From the NCBI GenBank assembly GCA_050053595.1, contig JASFTK010000001.1:25842-89841 (forward strand): a DNA stretch of 64,000 bases, read 5' to 3'. The notes under the pieces are model-generated. The model was not told the origin of the DNA. It was given only the letters and a program-made list of their open reading frames with translations, and did not search any database. This DNA comes from Candidatus Bathyarchaeota archaeon (GTDB taxonomy: Archaea; Thermoproteota; Bathyarchaeia; TCS64). The position numbers and the translations under genes were made by a program. Position 1 is the first letter of the stretch, and every line of letters starts with the position of its first letter. Below, in pieces: positions 1 to 9,864 of the stretch.

Positions 1-120
1 AATTCAGTGTAAGGGTTTACCAATATCAATCACGGTTTAATATTCGTTCAAAGCGATATTTATTTTCCGTTGAGGGCTAACCCTATAAGGGGATGGTTGT
101 AGTGGGGGGTTGGGGATATT

Positions 121-988
121 TTGTCGGTCCTGATATTCACGGATAATCCCACGGTGGAGGAGACCCAGTTGGTCCGCGAGGAGCTGCGAGAGAGGGGTAT
201 CGAACACACGTTCATAGCTCCCTGGGACATCATCCTGCCCGAGATCCCTGAATTTGATGTCGGGATGGTCTACGTCCCCAGCAACATGCTCAACCGGGGC
301 TCCACCTTCGAGCTCATCCACAGGCTGTTACTCCTCAGGGAGCTCGACCGCCAGATAGGGATCGTCGTTAACCCCGTGGACAGCATGCTCCTATACTCCA
401 AGGGGCACCTCACCGTCCAGCTGAACGGCTTAGACATCCCCCATCCTAACACCATAGTCACCGAGAACATCGAGGTCGCTCATGATTTCGCCACTGAACT
501 CATCGACTCAGGGAAGACTGTGGTCCTCAAACCCCTCTGCCGGGGCCGAGGGATCGGGGTTGTCAGGCTCGACAGGATCCGCAGCCGTAGTGACCTACTA
601 CAGTACCTGATGTGGTACAACAGGTCCCACAGCCACGGGGTCTTCTATCTCCAAGAGTACATCCCGAACCTGGGCTACGACATACGGTGCATGGTAGTAG
701 ACGGAGAAGTGGTGGGCCGTGAGAAGAGATCGAACCCCGAAGATTTCAGGTACAATGTGGCAGCCGGGGGTCTGGCCGAGCCTTTTGACGATCCCATCTA
801 CGACGAGCTGGCGGTTGAGGTAACGGAGGCTCAAGATCTGCGGCATCGACGTTCTACCAACCCGTGAGAGAGGGCCTTACATCCTTGAAGCCAACTGCTT
901 CCCGGGTTACACCGCCCTCATTGAGGCGACAGGTATACCGATCCATGCGAGGATTGTGGACTACTTCCAGCACTTACTGAAGGGGTAG
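121..988 (+). pseudogene. RimK/LysX-family ATP-grasp ligase, frameshifted at ~829-830 (pseudogene or sequence error)
   Basis: ORF 121-867 has ATP-grasp motifs (VVLKP..GRGIGV, YLQEYIP..GYDIR, DFRYNVAAGG). The missing C-terminus LKICGIDVLPTRERGPYILEANCFPGYTALIEATG..LLKG* is in the +1 frame, 830-988. Confidence 0.85.
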
Positions 989-1148
989 AGAGCGCTCAAT
1001 CTGTTCCTGAACCATAAAAATTTAGTATTGAGCCCCCAAAGTCTTCAAGATGGGCGTATACACAGCACCCCAAGGGGAGAGCCCCCTATATGGGACCACT
1101 GAGGCTCCTGTGGACGCTCATAGAATAGTAAAGTATTGGTGAAACACG

Positions 1149-1598
1149 TTGGAGCGGGAGTTTATCATGATTAAACCCGACGGCGTCCAGAGAGGACTCA
1201 TCGGGGAGATCATCTCAAGATTCGAGAGGCTGGGGTTGAAGGTCGTCGCGATGAAGATCCTCGAGGTTTCACGAGATCAGGCTGAGAGGCATTATGCCGT
1301 CCACAAGGGCAAACCCTTCTACGATGGTCTCATCAGGTACATCACGAGCGGCCCCGTAGTCGCGATAGTTGTGGAGGGGTGGGACGCAGTTAAGCATGCA
1401 AGGAAGATCATCGGGGCCACCGACCCGAAGGAAGCCACACCAGGCTCTATCAGGGGGGATCTGGGGCTAGACATCCAGAGAAACATCGTCCACGCCGGGG
1501 ACTCCCCTCAGAACGCCAAGGAAGAGTACTCGATCTACTTCAATGAGGACGAGATATTGGTCTACACCCGCATCGACGAAGCCCTCCTCTACGCCTGA
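1149..1598 (+). CDS. ndk: Nucleoside diphosphate kinase
   Basis: [27 protein letters not shown] and NIVHAGD motifs; GGTGA SD before TTG. Confidence 0.97.
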   Translation: MEREFIMIKPDGVQRGLIGEIISRFERLGLKVVAMKILEVSRDQAERHYAVHKGKPFYDGLIRYITSGPVVAIVVEGWDAVKHARKIIGATDPKEATPGSIRGDLGLDIQRNIVHAGDSPQNAKEEYSIYFNEDEILVYTRIDEALLYA

Positions 1599-1652
1599 CC
1601 TCCTAGCCAGCCCCTTGTACGAGTGCAGAGCCTAGATGGGGGTTGCAGTCCC

Positions 1653-2480
1653 TCATTTAGGTTTGCTCAGCTTATCCCGGGCTAGGAAACCGTAGTAGGC
1701 CTCCTTGGCGTCGGACGCCATGAATCTAACCTTGTCCCCTGCGATCCTCTCGTCCCCCGGCATGAAGAAGATGTTATTGAAGGCTCCCCCTTGGTCCTTG
1801 TAGGTTATGTCCACGGTGATGGGGGTCTCAAATCTGAGGGGCGGGATCTCGTGGCGCCGTTTGAGACCTTCGATGACGGTCTCCTTGATAAGCCTCTGAG
1901 CCTTCTTGGGGTGGAGGGAGACCGCACTGTACCTCCCTATACCCTTCTTCACCGGGGCAACAGCGATCTCGTAGGAGATGTTGTCCCTTATGTACTCCAG
2001 ACTGTCATCGTCCCCAGAGATCATCACCAAGGGGACCCCATAGTGACCAGCTAACGCGGCGTTGAGGCAGGTCTCAGTGAGGCTCTTCCCATTAAATTCC
2101 ACGGATCTCACATCCCAGATGTGACCTAACACAGCATCCTCTTGGATGAGATGGCCGTGAGCGCCGATACAGATCAGAGCGTCAAAACTCCCATCCAAGC
2201 CGAGGACCTCGTCAAAGAGCTCAGCGGAGTTGACGACTATATTGACATTCTCCGGGAACTCCTCGGAATAGACGTTCATCGACTTCCCGTGAGCGTCATT
2301 GAACCAGATCTCCGCCTCGGGATCCACCTCCAAGACCCCCTCTATCGACGCTTTGACGTCCTCGGTGGCGAAACGCTGACCCCGAGGGTAGGCCGAGGGG
2401 GTTTTGGTGGTCGGCCCCGTCATGCCTCCCCCCGCTATTCCTGAGACCCCTTCCATGTCAAAGGAGATGTATACCTTCAA
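1653..2480 (-). CDS. Peptidase M55 (DppA-like D-aminopeptidase)
   Basis: MKVYISFDMEGVSG, NDAHG, GVPLVMISGDD and VKKGIGRYSA motifs. Confidence 0.9.
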   Translation of the reverse strand: MKVYISFDMEGVSGIAGGGMTGPTTKTPSAYPRGQRFATEDVKASIEGVLEVDPEAEIWFNDAHGKSMNVYSEEFPENVNIVVNSAELFDEVLGLDGSFDALICIGAHGHLIQEDAVLGHIWDVRSVEFNGKSLTETCLNAALAGHYGVPLVMISGDDDSLEYIRDNISYEIAVAPVKKGIGRYSAVSLHPKKAQRLIKETVIEGLKRRHEIPPLRFETPITVDITYKDQGGAFNNIFFMPGDERIAGDKVRFMASDAKEAYYGFLARDKLSKPK

Positions 2481-2601
2481 CCCTACCCACCTTCAGAGAT
2501 ATCCGTGTCTAATACTCCCTATTTGTATTTACCGGGATCACCCTCGGATCGATGGGACAACGAACCTCTGGACCAATTGATGGCGGTTGTGCCTCAATGG
2601 G

Positions 2602-2991
2602 TCATGGCCTTTTGAGCATATCAACGTCAACTAAGACCACAATCACTGCGTTGACCATAATTATGCCGTGGGTCCTAGCCTCATCAGTTGTGGAGGAAAC
2701 GGGGAATCTGATCCCGCCTCGGATAACGTCTATCCTCCTCTCCCCTTCAGGGAGGATATTCAAAACGGCTTCCGCGTCCACACTCTCAGGGTTTGGGGTG
2801 GCCACCGTGACATCCACCATAAGGGCCTCCTCCACCTCCTCGAAGCTGTCGGCCTCGAAAAGCTGCATCAGACCCACCATGCTGGAATGGCTGATGGCGT
2901 CTTTGACAGCCCTCTGGGCTGCCTTAGTCTCGTCCTCGCCGTGGAGATCTATGCCGGTCCCGACCTCCACCAGATAACGTCTATAAACCAT
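2602..2991 (-). CDS. Lin0512-family protein
   Basis: VEVGTGIDLHGEDETKAAQRAVKDAI signature. Confidence 0.85.
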   Translation of the reverse strand: MVYRRYLVEVGTGIDLHGEDETKAAQRAVKDAISHSSMVGLMQLFEADSFEEVEEALMVDVTVATPNPESVDAEAVLNILPEGERRIDVIRGGIRFPVSSTTDEARTHGIIMVNAVIVVLVDVDMLKRP

Positions 2992-3098
2992 CTCAGATCC
3001 ATCGAAGACTTCTATTTCTAAGGGGATAAAAAGGGTTCTTGACCCCTTAAAATATAAGATCGGATCAGGGAGTTGAACAAGAATATACGGTTAAGGCG

Positions 3099-3962
3099 GT
3101 GAGGATGACGGGTAGGCGCCAACTGGTGGAAGAGAAGCTGAAGGATTTCCTCGAGGAAGACATTGGGATGGGTGACATCACCTCCATCGCTCTCGTGGAC
3201 GAAGACCAACAGGGGAGAGCACGCCTTTATTTCAGGGAGGATGGTGTCGCCGCTGGGCTCCGGGAGGCTGGGATGGTCTTCAATCTTCTCGGATGCGATG
3301 TCAAGCCCCACAGGAAAGACGGAGAAATGGTCCAAGAGGGACAGACCCTGATTGAGGTCGAGGGTTCTGTCAGGGCTCTCCTCGCCGGGGAGAGGACTGT
3401 CCTCAACATCGTGGGCAGGATGTCTGGCATCGCCACCCGGGTCGCGGAGGCTCAGAGGGTTGCCTCTGAGGCGAATCCCGGAGTGAGGGTTGCAGCGACC
3501 CGTAAAACAGTGCCAGGCCTCAGGGATCTTGACAAGAGGGCGGTTGAGCTGGGGGGCGGGGATACCCACCGATTCAGGCTGGACGATTGTGTTCTCATCA
3601 AGGACAACCACCTCGCCCTCGTCCCTTCAATCGCCGAGGCGGTCGGGAGAGCACGGGACAGGGTGAGCTTCACCAAGAAGATCGAGGTGGAGGTCCGGAG
3701 CCTTGAGGGGGCTCTGGAGGCCGCAGAGGCCGGTGCTGATATTGTGATGTTTGACAACATGCCCCCGGGGGAAATCTGTATAAGCTTGGACGGGTTGAAT
3801 GAGAGAGGTCTCAGAGAGGGAAGGCTGTTCGAGGCTTCAGGCGGGATAACCCTCAGTAATCTGGCGGATTACGCCGCCTCTGGTGTAGATGTAGTCTCGA
3901 TGGGCAGCCTCACCCACTCTGTGAGGAGCCTCAACGTCAAGCTTGAGATAGAGATGGTATAG
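3099..3962 (+). CDS. nadC: Quinolinate phosphoribosyltransferase (nicotinate-nucleotide pyrophosphorylase)
   Basis: EDIGMGDITS, ERTVLN..RMSGIAT, TRKT, LIKDNH, EVEV and EASGGI motifs. Confidence 0.96.
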   Translation: MRMTGRRQLVEEKLKDFLEEDIGMGDITSIALVDEDQQGRARLYFREDGVAAGLREAGMVFNLLGCDVKPHRKDGEMVQEGQTLIEVEGSVRALLAGERTVLNIVGRMSGIATRVAEAQRVASEANPGVRVAATRKTVPGLRDLDKRAVELGGGDTHRFRLDDCVLIKDNHLALVPSIAEAVGRARDRVSFTKKIEVEVRSLEGALEAAEAGADIVMFDNMPPGEICISLDGLNERGLREGRLFEASGGITLSNLADYAASGVDVVSMGSLTHSVRSLNVKLEIEMV

Positions 3963-3963
3963 G

Positions 3964-4887
3964 TTGGAACCCTCAGAGCTACAGACGAAGATAATCGAAC
4001 TCAAAGAGGAGAAGGACGCCCTCCTACTAGCCCATAACTACCAGATAGACGAGATCCAGGTGATCGCCGACTACATCGGTGACTCCCTGGGGCTCTGCAG
4101 GAAAGCCCAGGGGGTCGAGGACAAGGATATGATCGTGTTCTGCGGCGTCGACTTCATGGCTGAGACGGCTTCGATCCTCAACCCCCAAAAGAAGGTGGTG
4201 ATCCCCACCACAAGAGCTAGGTGCCCCATGGCAGCGATGCTCCCCCTTAAAGTCCTCAGAGCAATGAAGGAAGCTCACCCCGGAGCCCCTGTCGTTCTCT
4301 ACGTCAATACCCTTGCTGATGTGAAGGCCGAGGCCGATGTAACCTGCACTTCCTCCAACGCAGCTGAGATCGTAGCCCAGATGGAGGGGGATACCGTCCT
4401 TTTAGGACCTGACAGGAATTTAGCCTGGTATGTCTCTCAGAGGGTCCCCCATAAGGAGGTGATCCCGGTACCCGATTATGGCCACTGTAATGTCCATCGA
4501 TTCATGGGGGACGGCTCCGAGGCGATGGAGCTCAAGAAGAGACATCCAGACGCTGAACTCCTGGTCCACCCCGAGTGCGAGCCAGAGTTCCAAGAGAAAG
4601 CAGACTTCATCCTCTCCACCGGGGGCATGTACCGCCGGTGTAAAGAGTCAGACGCTGGGACCTTCATCATCGCCACCGAGATGGGTCTAGTCCACCGGTT
4701 GAGAAGGGAGATCCCAGGGAAGACCTTCCTCCCTGCCAAGGAACGTACAGAGTGCGCCGCGATGAAGCGCATCGACCTGGAGAACACTCTTCAAGCCCTC
4801 AAGGACGAGGGGCCGGTCGTCAAGGTCCCTCAGGATATTGCTGACAGGGCTCGACTACCAATAGAGCGAATGCTCAAGATGTCATAA
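3964..4887 (+). CDS. nadA: Quinolinate synthase
   Basis: LLAHNYQ, VFCGVDFMAE, YVNT, CTSSNA and HPEC motifs. Confidence 0.96.
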   Translation: MEPSELQTKIIELKEEKDALLLAHNYQIDEIQVIADYIGDSLGLCRKAQGVEDKDMIVFCGVDFMAETASILNPQKKVVIPTTRARCPMAAMLPLKVLRAMKEAHPGAPVVLYVNTLADVKAEADVTCTSSNAAEIVAQMEGDTVLLGPDRNLAWYVSQRVPHKEVIPVPDYGHCNVHRFMGDGSEAMELKKRHPDAELLVHPECEPEFQEKADFILSTGGMYRRCKESDAGTFIIATEMGLVHRLRREIPGKTFLPAKERTECAAMKRIDLENTLQALKDEGPVVKVPQDIADRARLPIERMLKMS

Positions 4888-4943
4888 CCGAGTCAGGGTA
4901 CACGTTTAATCTTTGATGCTTCTCTCTATAAAGCGGTTAGAAT

Positions 4944-5462
4944 ATGTCCGTTGTTGAATTTAGGGGTAAGAAGCCGAAAGTTGCAGAGTCGGTGTTCCAA
5001 GCCCCCGGCTCATTTATCATCGGAGAAGTCACCATCGATGAGGGTTCCGGGGTCTGGAACGGGGCTGTGGTCAGGGGCGACGATGACTCCGTCGAGATCG
5101 GCGCCCGTTCCACGGTCTTGGAGAACTGCATAGTCGAGGCCCCTGTCGGGAACCCTGTCAGTATCGGGGACGACGCCACCATCTCCCATGGGGCTATAGT
5201 ACATGGCGCCACAGTCGGTGACAGGGCCCTTGTGGGCATAGGGGCAATCGTCCTCGACGGTGCTGAGGTGGGTGAAGGGGCTGTCATAGGGGCTGGGGCT
5301 GTGGTCCCCCCAAGGTCTGTGATCCCTCCGAACACTCTCGCCTTGGGGGTCCCAGCTAAGCCGGTGCGGGAAGTCAGGGCGGAGGAGAGGAATATGATTA
5401 ACCAGGAGCAGTCGAGGGTGATCTCTAAGGCGGAGGCTTACAAGAAGATCTTCGTCAAGTGA
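4944..5462 (+). CDS. Gamma carbonic anhydrase-family (hexapeptide repeat) protein
   Basis: Hexapeptide repeats, VVRGD, ISHGAIVHGA, LALGVPAKPVR. Confidence 0.88.
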   Translation: MSVVEFRGKKPKVAESVFQAPGSFIIGEVTIDEGSGVWNGAVVRGDDDSVEIGARSTVLENCIVEAPVGNPVSIGDDATISHGAIVHGATVGDRALVGIGAIVLDGAEVGEGAVIGAGAVVPPRSVIPPNTLALGVPAKPVREVRAEERNMINQEQSRVISKAEAYKKIFVK

Positions 5463-5465
5463 GCC

Positions 5466-6122
5466 CTATTTCTCGTTGTGGGGGAAGGTGAAGGCCGAGG
5501 GGCATAGGTCATTGAGGACACACGCTCCACAGTCCGGCTTCCTGGCGTCGCAGATAATCCGACCATGCTCTATGAGCAGGTAGTTCACTGAGAGCCATTT
5601 CTCCATGGGTAAGACCTCCATCAGGTCTCTCTCGATCTTGTCTCTGTACTCCTCCTCACTCAACCCCAACCGGTGTGATAGCCTCCAGACGTGGGTGTCT
5701 ACGGCGATCCCTTCGACGACGCCGAAGGCGTTCCCGAGGACAATGTTGGCGGTCTTCCTCGCTACGCCTTTGAGTTTGGTGAGTTCTTCCATCGTGGAAG
5801 GGACTTCTCCATCATGTTCTTCCACGATGACCTTGCAGGCCTCCTGGATCGCCTCAGCCTTCCTTCTGTAGAACCCCGAGGACCTAACAGCCTGCTCCAG
5901 CTCCTCCCTGGGAGCTTCGGCGTAGCTCTCCGCCGTCCGGTACTTCTTAAAAAGGGTCGCGGTGACCTTGTTGATCTGTTCATCTGTGCTCTGGGCTGAG
6001 AGGATGGTTGCCACTAGGAGGTCCAGGGGGGTCCTCCAGTTCAGGGACGTACCCTCCGCTTCAGGGTATTCCTTCTCCAATCGGGTTATGATCGTCTTCC
6101 CTTTGGCGCTCATATCTGCCAT
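5466..6122 (-). CDS. nth: Endonuclease III
   Basis: LVATILSAQSTD, HhH motif LKGVARKTANIVL, AVDTHV, Fe-S motif C-x6-C-x2-C-x5-C. Start uncertain (6122 or 6113). Confidence 0.93.
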   Translation of the reverse strand: MADMSAKGKTIITRLEKEYPEAEGTSLNWRTPLDLLVATILSAQSTDEQINKVTATLFKKYRTAESYAEAPREELEQAVRSSGFYRRKAEAIQEACKVIVEEHDGEVPSTMEELTKLKGVARKTANIVLGNAFGVVEGIAVDTHVWRLSHRLGLSEEEYRDKIERDLMEVLPMEKWLSVNYLLIEHGRIICDARKPDCGACVLNDLCPSAFTFPHNEK

Positions 6123-6325
6123 GGCAGAGTCAGGGGGAATATATGCATCTTTCTGGGTGTTTCTATTCACCGTTTTGGGTGAAAACTAGATCTTTAGGCA
6201 AATTATGTTAGATATAAGCAAACATATATAAAGTGGAAGGGAAAGCCTCAAAAAATCTATTTACTATCAAAAATAATGTTGGAAAACGCTTAAATCAGAG
6301 TCTTCAAAGACGGGGATGGTGAGAA

Positions 6326-6598
6326 ATGGACACGACCGAACCTATAGACGCTCTCAAGGTAGCGATCCGAGAGGTGATCTCCAAGGTCATGCCTGATGAA
6401 GAGGTCGATATCGACGAGATCAAGGACGAGGTTTGGGCCGATCTCTCACGAATCTACTATAAATATGAGGACGAGGCCCAAAAACGGGCGTTCAGGTCCG
6501 TCATGAAGGAGATAGCAGAGAAGATCCAGGACGATAAATGGGAGACAGTCTATAAGAAGATATACCGCGAGGAGCTCAAGGAAAGAACCCCAGTCTAA
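6326..6598 (+). CDS. Hypothetical charged helical protein (90 aa)
   Basis: GGTGA SD, ATG start, AT-rich promoter region upstream; no recognised family. Confidence 0.7.
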   Translation: MDTTEPIDALKVAIREVISKVMPDEEVDIDEIKDEVWADLSRIYYKYEDEAQKRAFRSVMKEIAEKIQDDKWETVYKKIYREELKERTPV

Positions 6599-6808
6599 AG
6601 ATAAAAACAGTCTCTCCCAGAAGCTCCGTATACCCCGTTTCAAACTCACTTGTAATGACTCGAAGTAAATACGCCTAGACCACTCACTCCCCTAATTCAC
6701 GCATATACGGTTTTCGACTCAGAGCACTGAACTACCCCCACAGTTTCCCTCTGAGTGCGAGTTAAAATTGTTAAATTGTGAGAGGGATATTGTTTAGCGG
6801 AGATTCAA

Positions 6809-8584
6809 ATGACTGAGTATGATGTATTGATTAAAGACGCTGAGATCGTTGAAGGGACGGGAAAGAAGGTATACAGGGGCTCCATCGGGGTCAAGGGGGA
6901 CAAGATCGAAGACCTCGGTGAGATCAAGGGGGATGCTGAGAAGGTCGTCGAGGCGAAAGGTCTCACTGCCCTCCCAGGCTTCGTCGACGCTCACAGCCAC
7001 GCCGACTGGAGCCTCCTCTGGTTCCCCAAAGTCGAGAGCTACATCATGCAGGGGGTGACAACCTTCGTAGGAGGACAGTGCGGTGGATCGCCCGCACCCC
7101 TCGGTGAGCACATCAGGGTGCCCTGGCTGCTGATGGACCATCTGCCCGACCTGGATCCTTTCAAGTTCTACCCCAAGCAACCCTACTATCCTCTGGAGCA
7201 GGTCAACGAGTGGATGGAGGAGATCTATGGATGGACCTTGGACTGGGAGACAATGGAAGGCTACTTCAAGAAGGTCGAGGAGGTCGGCATCTCCATGAAC
7301 TATGCACCTCTCGTCGGCCACGGTTCCATCAGGACTAAGGTGATGGGTCTCGATTACAAGCGGGAGTCAACCGAGGAGGAGCAAGCCAAGATGCGGGAGT
7401 TGATCCACGAGGCGATGAAGCAGGGCTGCATCGGCATGAGTACAGGTCTCGACTATGACCCTGATGTCTTCGCCGCCCAAGAAGAGATCATCGACGGTGT
7501 TGGCGTCTTAAAGGAGTATGGTGGAGTCTACTGCCCCCACTGGAGGCGGACAGGTCGTAGGAGGGGGATAGCCGCCGGGCATGTCCCCAATGAGAAGATC
7601 ACCGCCCTTATGGAGTGTGTCGACGTCCAAAAGAAGACCGGGGTCCGCTTACACTATGCCCACATGTCCACCGGCTGGCAGATCTACCCTCAACCATCTG
7701 AAGAGCTGGAGGCGGCGAACATCAAGGCCACCCTCGACATGATCACCCATGACTCCAAGGAGGAGCTGGATATAACATGGGACGCCATCCCCCGGATGAC
7801 CCGGAGCGGATTCGCCGTGATGCCCTACCTATGCAGCCTGTACTCTCCATGGCTCAGGGAGCTGGGTGGTAGGGAGCAGTTTTCAAAATGGCTCAAAGTC
7901 AAGGATTTCAGGGAGGAGGTCAAGGAGGCTATTAAGCAGGGAAAATGGTTCATCAGGGTCGCCTACAACCCCAACACCAATCCCCAATGGGCTGAGAACA
8001 TCTACGTCCTCAACAGTAAGATCCCAGACGTCGACGGCAAATCCATCGCCGAGATAGCCAAGGAACGGGAAACTGACGAGTGGGACACTTGGCTCGACCT
8101 GATAGCGGAGGACCCTGACGCCAGAGGCGCCACAGGGCAGCTCCAGCCCATGGATTGCTATCTCCAGTACTACACAGACCCCAAGGGGATGGTGGGCCTC
8201 GACACAGGTGTCTTCGACACCAAATTCCAAGCCAAGAATCCACCCTACAGCTTCCCTGGTATAAATACCTTCAGCGCTTACCCGATGTTCTACATCAAAT
8301 ACGTCAGGGATGGAGGCCTATTCACCCTTGAGGAGGCTGTGCAGAAGACCGCCACGATGCCGGCACGGGTCCATAAATTAGAAGGTCGGGGAGTCCTCAG
8401 TGAAGGGGCTTACGCAGACATCGTCCTCATGGACATCCCGAAACTTAAGGTGTTGAGCGACGAGATCGAGTCCCGGAGGCACCCTGAAGGCATCGAGTAT
8501 GTCTTCGTCAACGGCGAGACTGTGGTCGAAAAGGGTAAGCACACAGACGCCACCCCAGGTCGGGTCCTAAAGAGAACCTCCTGA
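6809..8584 (+). CDS. N-acyl-D-amino-acid deacylase (amidohydrolase superfamily)
   Basis: PGFVDAHSH, GVTTFVGGQCG, GMSTGLDY, ADIV and VFVNG motifs. Confidence 0.88.
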   Translation: MTEYDVLIKDAEIVEGTGKKVYRGSIGVKGDKIEDLGEIKGDAEKVVEAKGLTALPGFVDAHSHADWSLLWFPKVESYIMQGVTTFVGGQCGGSPAPLGEHIRVPWLLMDHLPDLDPFKFYPKQPYYPLEQVNEWMEEIYGWTLDWETMEGYFKKVEEVGISMNYAPLVGHGSIRTKVMGLDYKRESTEEEQAKMRELIHEAMKQGCIGMSTGLDYDPDVFAAQEEIIDGVGVLKEYGGVYCPHWRRTGRRRGIAAGHVPNEKITALMECVDVQKKTGVRLHYAHMSTGWQIYPQPSEELEAANIKATLDMITHDSKEELDITWDAIPRMTRSGFAVMPYLCSLYSPWLRELGGREQFSKWLKVKDFREEVKEAIKQGKWFIRVAYNPNTNPQWAENIYVLNSKIPDVDGKSIAEIAKERETDEWDTWLDLIAEDPDARGATGQLQPMDCYLQYYTDPKGMVGLDTGVFDTKFQAKNPPYSFPGINTFSAYPMFYIKYVRDGGLFTLEEAVQKTATMPARVHKLEGRGVLSEGAYADIVLMDIPKLKVLSDEIESRRHPEGIEYVFVNGETVVEKGKHTDATPGRVLKRTS

Positions 8585-8705
8585 ATACCGGATACCCCTT
8601 TTCTCTCCTTTTTCTAGGTTAAAGCCTAAGCCTTCAGAGTCATTGAAGAACGGGGAATTCTTAATATAATCCGTCTTCTCATCGTACCAGTCTGAAGGTG
8701 TAAAG

Positions 8706-8888
8706 ATGAGTGAGCACGCGGAAGCTGTCCTCAAGGCCATGAAAGAAGCTGGGAAGCCAGTCAGGCCCGGGGAGGTCGCCAAGGTTCTCGGCGTCGAGAG
8801 CAAACAGGTCTCCAAAGCCATCAAGGCACTGAGGAAAGAGGGGAAAGTCCACTCCCCCAAGAGATGCTACTATGCCCCCACGGAATGA
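8706..8888 (+). CDS. Small winged-helix DNA-binding protein (60 aa)
   Basis: VLKAMKEAGKPVRPGEVAK..VSKAIKALRKEGKVHSPKRCYY wHTH pattern; GGTG SD. Confidence 0.8.
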   Translation: MSEHAEAVLKAMKEAGKPVRPGEVAKVLGVESKQVSKAIKALRKEGKVHSPKRCYYAPTE

Positions 8889-8952
8889 CGTCGACCCCTC
8901 AGCCCTTTTTTCTGTTTTCCCTGAACCCATTCGGTCGAAGGGATGAGACTGT

Positions 8953-9747
8953 TCACTTCTCAGATTTGAGCTGGTTATAGAGGTTGTGGGCTTCTTCAGG
9001 TGTCGCCCCTTCATGTATCACGTTCCTTACCGCCCGTATCATGGGCTCTGCGTGGTCGTTCTGCCAGATGTTCCGGCCCATGATCACCCCGACTGCGCCA
9101 CCCTCCAAGGCGTTGTAGGTGGTCTGGAGGGCGTCAAGCTCGGTGTCCATCTTTGGGCCCCCTGCAATGAGGATGGGGACAGGGCAGCCCTCCACAACCC
9201 TCTCAAAGTCTTCACAGTAATAGGTCTTCACAAACCTAGCCCCCAACTCTGCCGCTATGCGGCAGCAGAGGGAGAGGTATCGGGCGTCTCTCTTCTCCAG
9301 TTCCTTACCAACGGCGGTGACCGCGAGGACGGGTATCCCATACCCCTCAGCCTCGTCCACCAACTTCGATAGGTTCTTGAGGGACTGGTGCTCATGGGGG
9401 GCACCGACGAAGATGGAGAGCGAGAGGGCGGAGGCATTGAGCCTTATGGCTTCTTGGATGGAGGTGATTATGGTCTCGTTGGAGAGGTCTTCCTTCAGGA
9501 TGCTGGAACCACCGGAGACCCTGAGTACTATCGGGATATCTGCCCCTGGGTCGATGCAGTTTCTCAGGATCCCCCTGGTGAGCATCAACCCGTCGCAGTA
9601 AGGCAGCAAGGGCGCAACGGTCTCTCCAGGGTCCTCAAGTTTCCGGGTAGGCCCCATGAAATAGCCGTGGTCGATGGGGAGGATGAGGGCCCGCCCCGTT
9701 TCGGGCTTGATGATCTTAGACAACCGGTTCTTTATACCCCAATCCAT
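8953..9747 (-). CDS. lsrF: LsrF-like class I aldolase/thiolase (DhnA family)
   Basis: MDWG.KNRLS.I..P.TGR, DHGYFMGPT, AELGARFVKTYY, IAGGPK and MGRNIWQ motifs. Confidence 0.82.
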   Translation of the reverse strand: MDWGIKNRLSKIIKPETGRALILPIDHGYFMGPTRKLEDPGETVAPLLPYCDGLMLTRGILRNCIDPGADIPIVLRVSGGSSILKEDLSNETIITSIQEAIRLNASALSLSIFVGAPHEHQSLKNLSKLVDEAEGYGIPVLAVTAVGKELEKRDARYLSLCCRIAAELGARFVKTYYCEDFERVVEGCPVPILIAGGPKMDTELDALQTTYNALEGGAVGVIMGRNIWQNDHAEPMIRAVRNVIHEGATPEEAHNLYNQLKSEK

Positions 9748-9864
9748 AAGTCTTCACAGTTAATTCAGGGAAGTCATAGGTCTATTAACCCTTCCATCAA
9801 GGGGGATACCATCGGAGGTATTACTTTAAACCCGTTCCACGGGAGTATTGCATCAGGGATCCAG

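Noticed and set aside
6626..6757. Inverted repeats CCGTATA/TATACGG and ACTCAGAG/CTCTGAGT
   Set aside because: Isolated short stems without further nested pairing; compatible with chance
9388..9864. N-terminal extension of the 500-aa dehydrogenase ORF
   Set aside because: Antisense to lsrF; the MDR domain begins at TTG 9865
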